From NCBI GenBank assembly GCA_964016885.1, contig OZ024748.1, forward strand, positions 14,632,001-14,696,000: a stretch of 64,000 nt of DNA. The letters run 5' to 3'. Position numbers and translations under genes: made by a program. Every line of letters starts with the position of its first letter. Positions within the stretch are counted from its first letter, which is position 1. Origin of the DNA: Eledone cirrhosa. Lineage: Eukaryota. Positions 55,766-64,000 of the stretch are shown one piece after another. The notes below the pieces were generated by a model. That model worked only from the letters and a program-made list of their open reading frames with translations, was not told the DNA's origin and made no database searches.

Positions 55766-55851
55766 GTATACATACATATATATATATACATACATATATA
55801 TATAAATACATATATATACATATATATATATGCATACATACATATATATAC

Positions 55852-55896
<45 letters not shown>

Positions 55897-55934
55897 CACA
55901 CATATATATATATATATATACATACACATATATG

Positions 55935-55982
<48 letters not shown>

Positions 55983-56045
55983 CATACACATAAATACATA
56001 CATATATATATATATATATATACATATATACATACATATATATAT
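55491..56045. repeat. (TA)n/(TACA)n microsatellite
   Basis: Directly visible. Confidence 0.98.
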
Positions 56046-56579
56046 GGTGGCTGCCAACTCGTTTTCGAGTACGGCCACTACTTTATATCCATGTAGGAGA
56101 ACTCCTACCGATGCGCTGAACAAGTGTGACTTTTTAGTCCAGCCAGCGACTTGAAAACTCTGGTACAAACACTACACTTGTGACAATTATTGACACATAG
56201 TGCTGAGCCCATGGTACCATGTGACGACAAGTGCAGAGAGATCTCCAGATACAAAGCAATGCCTGTGCCGTGAAGCTTTTATAGTGAGCAAAGGCACTGC
56301 ACAAAGCCAGTCCCACTCTCTTAACCAAGATGATATTTACCAAAAAGAAGAACAAGTCAACATCATTGGATACCATCAGGGCTGCAGGTGTTATATCAGA
56401 GTTTTCCTTCTCCTAGAATTCTGCCTTGACAAAGGCTAAGGGGTCATCTCTCCCGGTGATTTTGGATGGCCATTGACTCTTAAGAGCTCCTTTGCCCTTT
56501 GACAGGTTTTGTTTTTAGTCCTGCAGGATGTCCAAAGTCACCCTCCTCACCAAGAAACCTTGGTGGGGTTGCCATGACA
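56046..56579 (-). mobile_element. 609-bp element, copy 3, with a 75-nt subterminal deletion
   Basis: ggggttgcca is joined directly to the terminal tgaca. Confidence 0.9.
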
Positions 56580-56638
56580 CATACATATACATATATATAT
56601 ACATACATATATACATATACATATATATATATATACAT

Positions 56639-57247
56639 GGTGGCTGCCAACTCGTTTTCGAGTACGGCCACTACTTTATATCCATGTAGGAGAACCCCTA
56701 CCGATGCGCTGAACGAGTGTGACTTTTTAGTCCAGCCAGCGACTTGAAAACTCTGGTACAGACACTACACTTGTGACAATTATTGACACATAGTGCTGGG
56801 CCCATGGTACCATGTGACGACAAGTGCAGAGAGATCTCCAGATACAAAGCAATGCCTGTGCCGTGAAGCTTTTATAGTGAGCAAAGGCACTGCACAAAGC
56901 CAGTCCCACTCTCTTAACCAAGATGATATTTACCAAAAAGAAGAACAAGTCAACATCATTGGATATCATCAGGGTTGCAGGTGTTATATCAGAGTTTTCC
57001 TTCTCCTAGAATTCTGCCTTGACAAAGGCTAAGGGGTCATCTCTCCCGGTGATTTTGGATGGTCATTGACTCTTACGAGCTCCTTTGCCCTTTGACAGGT
57101 TTTGTTTTTAGTCCTGCAGGATGTCCAAAGTCACCCTCCTCACCAAGAAACCTTGGTGGGGTTGCCAGTTTAGTCGCCAACGACCCGACCATGAGACAGG
57201 TTGTACTGGGATACATGTTACCAGTAGCACCAACTGGTGACCTGACA
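56639..57247 (-). mobile_element. 609-bp element, full copy 4
   Basis: Same termini as 12882-13490; flanked by TA arrays. Confidence 0.9.
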
Positions 57248-58077
57248 TATATATATATATATATATATACATACATATACACATATATATATATATTTAC
57301 ATACATATATATATATACATACATATATATATATATAGTTTCATTCCTTGCTTTTGTTAGTATCTTGGTTCAGCTTGTAGGGGTTATTGTTTTGTTTGTG
57401 TTTTCAATTATCTTTGTGAGTTTCATCACTCAGCCAAAGCAACCACAATTATTTTAGCACACATATGTCTATGTCTAGGTATGTATGTATGAGTGTGTGT
57501 ATGTGCATGCGTCTATCTAGATGTGTATGTATGTATGTATGTATGTGTGTATGTATGTATGTATGTTTATATGTCTAGATATGTATATGTAGTTGTGTAC
57601 ATGTGTGTGTTTAGATGTGCATGTGTATGTATATATATATATGTCTATATATGTGTGTTTGTGTAATGTGCTTGTGTGTCTAAATATGCATGTATGTAAC
57701 TATGTATGTAAGTAGGTATGTGTGTGTGTGTGTGTGTATATGTATGTGCGCATGCATGTATGTGTGCATATGTATGTATATATATGAGTAGATGGACACA
57801 GTTTGTTGATAAAGGTAGTTAAGCTGTGTAGTTCAGTGTTTGATTCCAAACAATAACCCGCCAAAACACATCAAAGTATTTTAACTATGGTAGACAACGT
57901 TTATCTATATATGTATATAAATATGAAATACCCACTCCTCCACCACCACCACCACCAGCACCTACTTCTGTTCTGCCCTCACACTCCCCACCACCACCAC
58001 CAGATACTTCTGCTCTGCCCTTCACTCTCCTCCCACCCATGTATTTCTAGTCATTGTTTCTTTATTACTACACATCT

Positions 58078-58365
58078 TAACAACATCGTCAAACTCAACA
58101 CCAGCAACAACATCAACAACATCAACATCAACACCGTCATCAACAATCACCAGCAACCTCAACACCAGCAACATCAACACCATCATCAACAGCAATGCCA
58201 TCAACACCAACAACATCATCAACACCAACAACATCATCAACATCAACATCAGCAACAACATCAACACCAGCAACAACATCAACAACAGCAACAACCTTAA
58301 CATCAACAATACCAGTAAGAAGCTCAGCACCAATAACATCAGCAACAATAGCAGCAACAACAATA
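58078..58365. repeat. (CAA/CAT/CAG)n trinucleotide array
   Basis: Directly visible. Confidence 0.95.
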
Positions 58366-58906
58366 GCTTCATGATTTTTCCCAGAGGCACCCCCTCAGGC
58401 TTTTATAAAGTGATAATCATAACAATAATCTAATCGGATGAGATAACTGTTTATACTTAGAGAAGAATGGATACAATATTATGTGTGTACATTATGCTTA
58501 TAAAAAAATTACTTGAAATTGTTAACAATCAAAAGACAGAAACATTTATATTTAAAGAAGAATGGATACCCAATACTATGTGTTTATTATTCTGCCAGGA
58601 GTTGTGACCAGTAGATATTATCAGCAATGGAAATACCAATGGAAACATTGTTTCCTTGGTCTGATCTGATGAGTTCCACCACACTTCATAAGCAAATGAG
58701 GTCTGAGATTTTATCGATTGATTCCTTATAACAATTATTTGAAACTGTTATACAGTGGTAATACTATTCAAAAGAGAGTAATATTTAAACTTAGAGACCA
58801 ACAGTTACCCAATACTATGTGTTTATTATGGTTATAACAAAGTACTTGAATATTTGAACTCAGGTCACAATACTAACTCTGTGGAGCCCAGGTTGGGTAT
58901 TGCTGG

Positions 58907-59070
58907 CAGCGTCTATGAGAGGGGGGTCCAGTCGGTACTTTGTTCCAGGGCTTAAGAGATAAGAAAGCCGCACAGCAATCATGCAACTTCCATTTTAAGT
59001 AAAATCTTTGCCTGCTTTGGGCCCCAAAGAGGTCTTGTACCACCTTGCAAAATATCTCTTCAAGGCCCTG
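58907..59070. mobile_element. Decayed hAT-like MITE
   Basis: cagcgtct...aggccctg ends; imperfect 8-bp flanks attgctgg / actgctga. Confidence 0.4.
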
Positions 59071-59499
59071 ACTGCTGATGTAAACTAATGAATAAGATCG
59101 ATGAAATAAATTAATTCAATTGCCAACATGATAGTTATAAACTTCATGACACTGTTATATTGAGTGTACATGTTTAGATTACTATTTAAATTGGTTGGCA
59201 ATAGGAAAAGTATCCAGCTGTAAAAACTGTGCTAAACAAAGGGTTGAAAGGTCTCTTCAATTGTGTCAAGGATATAACAATTTCACTAGTGTTGGTGCCA
59301 TAACATACATGTGGATTCCTCTGTAAAGAGGGTAGTGATAGGAAGAGTATCTGGACATAGAAACCAAAGCATACAAAGGGTTGACAGGACTTTTCAATTG
59401 TGTCAATGACATGACAACCTGCTTAGTGTTGGTGCCCTGATAAATCGTACCCAGTACACTTTGTAAAGTGGTTGATGAAAGGAGATCTAAGTGTAAAAC

Positions 59500-59610
59500 G
59501 ATGCTAAACAGAAGTACAAAATATCTTATTAGTTTCACACTTTATATGAAAAAGGGGAAAGAAAGTTCAACAAATCGGGCTTCAGTCCTTTTTCAGGAGT
59601 ACAAAAATAG
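59500..59610 (-). mobile_element. PLE-like terminal fragment with decayed hammerhead
   Basis: Minus strand cCTGAAAAaggactgaagcccGAtttgtt...gtgaaactaataagatattttgtact aligns to 43001-43076. Confidence 0.5.
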
Positions 59611-59874
59611 AGACTATATATATATATATATAAACACTTTTACACTTAACTTTCTGTACCACATGAAACTGCATTTGCAAGTCATTCTTGAAAAATATGA
59701 AACAACAATGGAAAAAATGAAACAAAATTTCATTTCTCACTCTTAGTACGGCTGTTACTTAAACATACTTATATGAAACAACAGTATGACTGAATCTCAT
59801 TAAGAATTAAAGTCTTTCATTTACTACATATTTTCACAGTTATCTCCCTGCTAGTAAATATATTATAACGATTT

Positions 59875-60333
59875 AATAATAATAATAATAATGAAATATT
59901 GTGTACAGTGCTCAGGTGCACTACAACTCATCAAAAAGTGTATGTATAGTACATAGAGTAATGCACAAACGTCAGGAAAATGAACAGTGCATGAGTCATG
60001 ATATTCACATGTGTGCATGTGTATGGAAGGGGTACATCAGGTGTAGCTTTTGGCGAATTTTGGGAAGCATGAGGGTTTTAAAGGATGCAGTGTCTCGGCA
60101 GCTAACAACTGATGCAGGCAGTTTGGTCCATGCTTCAGCAACTCTGAGCGTGAAAAAATGTTTCCGAAAGTCATGGAAGCTGTGCTGTTTTCTGATTTTG
60201 TAGGCATCTCCATGTGTGTTAGACACATGGAGATCAAAAAGGTGCTCAGGGTTGTTGTTGGCGAGATGGTTAATAACTTTGTGGGTGTTTACCAAGTCCA
60301 TTGCCAGATGTCGGAACTTCAATGAATCCATGC
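59875..60333 (-). mobile_element. CR1-type LINE 3' end with (TTA)n tail
   Basis: DLVNTHK...THGDAYKI...RKHFFTLRVAEAWTKLPASVVSC..TASFK is a typical CR1/L2-group C-terminus. Confidence 0.85.
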
Positions 60334-62970
60334 CTGTTTTTAGATATTTTCTGCTAAAGGATCACAAAATATTAAGAATATAAAATGAAAGGTGTTAATG
60401 AAGAACCAGGGGCTGTCCCAGGTGGCTTGTTATTGAAAGAATTAATACAAATTGACGCAAATGTTCTGAATTAGTGAGTAAATGGAATTCCATTGAAATA
60501 CATTACATTTAAATTAGAAACCAGAATTCTCTAAAGATAATTATTCCAAAGATCATATTATCATATAATTAAATTGAAAAGTTAATTAAAACAAAAATAG
60601 GAATTTAATTATTTCTTACTTATATGTGACAGATTTCAAATCTTTATATCTGAAATAATCTGAAAGACTAAGGTAGATGCTTCGAAACTTCCAAACAATT
60701 TTAAACATGATATGGAAATTAATATTATATAAGTCTAACAATAAATAAACTAATATAAGTTTCAGAGAAATCATTATTGTAAATTATCTTTCAGCAATGA
60801 ATGCTATCTTTCTAAAGATAATCATACTTATATTTATATATTTGATACTTTTTGTATGAAACTGCCTAAACCTGCCCCTGGTTCTACAATGAAAACTGTT
60901 TATTTCAAACTGTTTATATTTATCTAAATATCTTCCATCATAATTTTATGTGAAAACCTTTGTTAAGTTATGTTCCAAATAGTGGTTTAATAATAAGAAA
61001 GTTAGTTTATATTATTAAATATTTCCAAATATTTGATTATTTTCAATGTTAACTGAAAATCACAGGAGTGTATTTCACTAGAACTGCAGCAATGAATGCA
61101 TAAAATATATAAAGTCTAGAAGCATACTAGCAATACAAACCTTGAATACATACATCGATATTTATACTTGCTACAAGCTCTCTCTCTATATATATATACA
61201 CCGGTAACAGAAAATACATGCAATTCTCTGAAAGCCTATTCTAATAAAAGAATTTTCAGAGAGGATAACTGAAATTGGATTTTATTCCAAGTTATTGTCT
61301 CTCTTCAGTGTGATGAGCAGTGTCATAGTAATTATCATGAATCAATGATATCATGCTTTTGTAGATAAAGATAAAAAAAAAAGTATTTTTAAATAGAAAA
61401 ACAAAATGAAAAGAATAAAAAACATGGAAAAACAGATTAATGAGCAATGCCATTAATTGAACTATAGTAACTTCTTCTTCTGAATATTCTTCAAATCTAG
61501 GATTTTTATATTCGTTTTTATTTTACAAGAAAATGTATTCCAAAGTTAAAATGCTCGGATATAAAAAGGTAACGCTTTGTGACCACAGGAGTTAGAAAAT
61601 GATAATTGCTGCTTTAATATAACATAACAACAGCATTGCGAACATCCAACAGAATTTTCATTTTCAGAGAATTTATTTCATGTAAATGAATAAAATCGTC
61701 TCATGTATGAAAGGTTTATGAGCTTTGAAGAATAAATGATTTTATCTAAAAATATATTAAAAAAAAAAAAATTAAATAAAGCAACTGATTTAGAAGTGCT
61801 TCCTGTTGAAGTGCCCTTTTAGATATCTGAAGATCTTGTGTTTTCAGCAACATAATGCTTTCTTGAAATCAGTATCAGTAATACTGCTTTAATGAGATCA
61901 CCTGCTCTGAAATCTTGATAGATATTGTCTGTTCTACAGTCTTTGTGCTGTAATTTTCAACAAAGTAACAGCAAGAAACAAGGGAAACGTATTTTCAAGT
62001 TGGAATATTTTTGGATTCGTACTGGTTCCATTTTATATAATCCATTGAAGAATCCTGTTTAATTGTTCATTATGAAAAAAATATATACTTCTAGAAGTAG
62101 AAAGCTTCATTTTAATCAACACTGGAATCTAATATATATTTAGCAAATGTGTATTAACAATAAACAAATAGCTTCTTTCTGATGTAGAGAGGGGGTAGTA
62201 AACAAAGATATTTGAAATACATATTCAATTCTATATATATATATATTTACAGATATATTTAGTCTCCTAATATATAGATATATCAAGTTATATTATTCAA
62301 TATATTTTGCCAAGTTATTCATTAATTAGGACAATTAAATTAATTTTAAAAGTAAAGATTAATAAAGAAACTCGCATTTCTCTCTTCAATTCTCATCTTG
62401 GAAAATTCCTAACATACAGCTGCTTCCAATATCAGTTTTAATATCATAATTGAGTTTCTAGTTAAATTAAGCTAAGATTTCTATAGATATTTTCTTCAAA
62501 ATAAAACTTGAAGTGGTTCTTAACTTCTTTTGTTGGATCTGAGTCTACATAAATGATGGCTTATAATAATTTAAAGCTTATCTTGAACGGAAATGGATAT
62601 AAGTTAGCAGAACAATAGCAACCTTTTCATTACTGTATTCCTAAATGAAAGACACTTCCTATGCCTTTCAAATTATTTTGAAGATAACCAAAATTTGGAC
62701 AACTTTAGTAATATAATTTTATTAAGCTGGTGTTTAGAACATAAGTTATCAAAGGGTGTTACACAAAATTATGATGGAAAGGTTTTCGATAAATATAAAC
62801 AATTTAATTCTTTTGTTACTATATTTCCAAGGAAAGACACTGTCTATAATTCTCGAATAATTTGGAAAATATCAAAATTTGGGATGTATTTAGTAATATA
62901 AGTAACTTGCTTATTATTCAGTTGGCATTTGGAACAGAAGTTAATGAAGGTTTTTACATGAAATTATAAT

Positions 62971-63150
62971 TGTTTCTACTTTAGGCACAAGGCCAGCAAT
63001 TACCCAGTGCATTACTGGTACTTTATTTTATCGACCCCGTAAGGATGAAAGGCAAAGTCAACCTCGGCGGGATTTGAACTCAGATCGTAAAGGGACATAA
63101 CTATGCTGGAAAGCATGGCGTCCGACCCTGTAACAATACTGCCAATCCAC
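62971..63150 (-). mobile_element. Meta-like SINE with 12-bp target-site duplication, inserted in a TTAA MITE remnant
   Basis: tgaaattataat at 62959-62970 and 63151-63162. Confidence 0.9.
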
Positions 63151-64000
63151 TGAAATTATAATGGAAGGGTTTTAGATAAATATAAACATCTTGAAGCAAA
63201 CAGCATTGTATCATAAATCCAAGGATGGTTTTAGGCAGTTTGCCCATCAAAGGGTTAATGTGGCAATCTATAAAAAACATATAAGTTCAAACAGAATTTT
63301 TCTCTCCTGAAGAAATTGTAAGCAAATCATATATTGTTATTTATGCCTAAGTTCTAAACTGAATATGGAATAAAATTCAAATCTTTTGATACTAAACTGC
63401 CTGAACCACCTCAGGTTCATTTATACAAATCAATTAATGATACAGTGTTAACATTTATCATAATTTTTTGTAAGAAGCTTTATGTCATAATCCAAACATC
63501 AGCTTAATAATGAAAAATAAATCCATAGGCCCTGATGTTCTGTTTGATCATAGGTGGCACTGTTGAGATTTACTACATACCTTGGGTATTTAAACCTTGT
63601 GGAGTTCATCACTCTCCAGGTCTGAACACAGCTGATTTCTTCCAGAGAGAGAGAGAGAGTGGGCAAGAGGAAGAGAGGGAGAGAGCAACAGTGAAGTAAG
63701 AAAAAATTAAAAGGACGAAAAGTAAAGTTGACCTCAGTGGGATGTGAAATCAGGCCAGCTAGACCTAGAACAAATACCACAAGGTATTCTTTCCCAGATA
63801 ATCAGGACACTGCAACTTTGCCACCTAGACTCTTATTATGATGATTTGATTGAAAAAGATAGAGAAGTGGATTAGCAGAGTAATCTAAGGCATAGGTAGC
63901 AAGCTTTTGAGTTCAAATCTCACTGAGATCAACTCTGTCTGCTGGGTCGATATAATCGACTCACATCACCACCTCCAACAACAACAACAATAACACAAAT

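Noticed and set aside
1166-56168. Dozens of long YI/CV/HT-rich ORFs
   Set aside because: Translations of TA/CA/TG microsatellites, which lack stop codons by construction
57150-57247. HDV-like ribozyme at the putative 5' end of the 609-bp element
   Set aside because: P3/L3-like (acc-tgtctcat-ggt) and ctaa-actgg pieces exist, but I could not place P1, so it is not called

Overview
AT-rich, microsatellite-saturated eukaryotic DNA with no intact host gene. The repeat set (tRNA-headed SINEs, RTE and CR1 LINE fragments, long TA/TACA arrays) suggests an octopus or other coleoid mollusc intron or intergenic region; the taxon is inferred. Almost all long ORFs in the track are translations of simple repeats. 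The only convincing coding sequence is a frameshifted RTE-clade reverse transcriptase (43188-44739) plus decayed RTE, CR1 and Penelope-like (PLE) C-termini. One spliced host exon candidate lies on the minus strand (28337-28526). Main observations: (1) a ~285-bp foldback at 53871-54153 whose two arms each carry a hammerhead ribozyme motif, one per strand; (2) a dispersed PLE-derived family with minimal hammerhead cores (5 copies), one attached to a GIY-YIG-like C-terminus and an inverted partial terminal repeat; (3) a young, structured, apparently non-coding 609-bp element found only inside TA/TACA microsatellites, as two independent head-to-tail pairs 44 kb apart; (4) several local inverted duplications and hairpins that could form dsRNA. 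Coordinates were read by eye and may be off by a few bases.
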